From contig NC_088854.1 of assembly GCF_963853765.1 (NCBI RefSeq), positions 15,066,001 to 15,130,000 on the forward strand: a DNA stretch of 64,000 nt. Direction: 5' to 3'. The position numbers and the translations under genes were made by a program. Positions 63,832 through 64,000 of this stretch are shown here, piece after piece (the stretch's first letter is position 1; every line of letters begins with the position of its first letter). This DNA is from Magallana gigas. Its lineage: Eukaryota. The notes under the pieces are model-generated. The model worked only from the letters and a program-made list of their open reading frames with translations. It did no database searches and was not told the origin of the DNA.

Positions 63832-64000
63832 GTAATGTGGAATCTTTGTAAAGAAAATTTCAGGTTTTTGATTCAAAAATTTTTCTAAGAAAATAGCTCC
63901 TGTTTGTGAATGTCAATTCAAGATGAATGGGCCTTCATGACAAAGCAGAAATTCTGTTGCTGTAAAAGTTATTGTAAAGTCATGTAATGTTACAAACTCT

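Overview
AT-rich, intron-rich eukaryotic genomic DNA, most likely a Crassostrea/Magallana oyster (Cg170-type satellite monomers inside Helentron-like elements, HSPA12 gene, bivalve-type SINE). No prokaryotic features. Spliced genes reconstructed by hand from GT/GC-AG junctions with consistent phases: AIMP1 (+); three tandem GM2-activator-like ML-domain genes (-); a patched-related/PTCHD3-like SSD transporter (+); LRRC59 (-) head-to-head with PAM16 (+); an HSPA12-like gene (-) head-to-head with a myristoylated Mieap/SPATA18-C-domain-like gene (+); and the 5' half of ATRX (+, runs off the window). Mobile DNA includes a decayed LINE, an L2 3' fragment, a tRNA-derived SINE, TTAA- and TA-target MITEs and three satellite-carrying Helentron-like elements. 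Two structures stand out. (1) A 4.2-kb non-coding foldback element that splits the LINE inside its CCHC motif and is built as a train of ten roughly 350-550 bp TIR-bounded cassettes joined by a near-invariant TIR-GTGT-TIR junction. (2) A divergent HSPA12 / Mieap-like gene pair only 335 bp apart, a candidate atypical Hsp70 plus GrpE-like partner module. Family assignments are by recognition of motifs only; no database searches were run.
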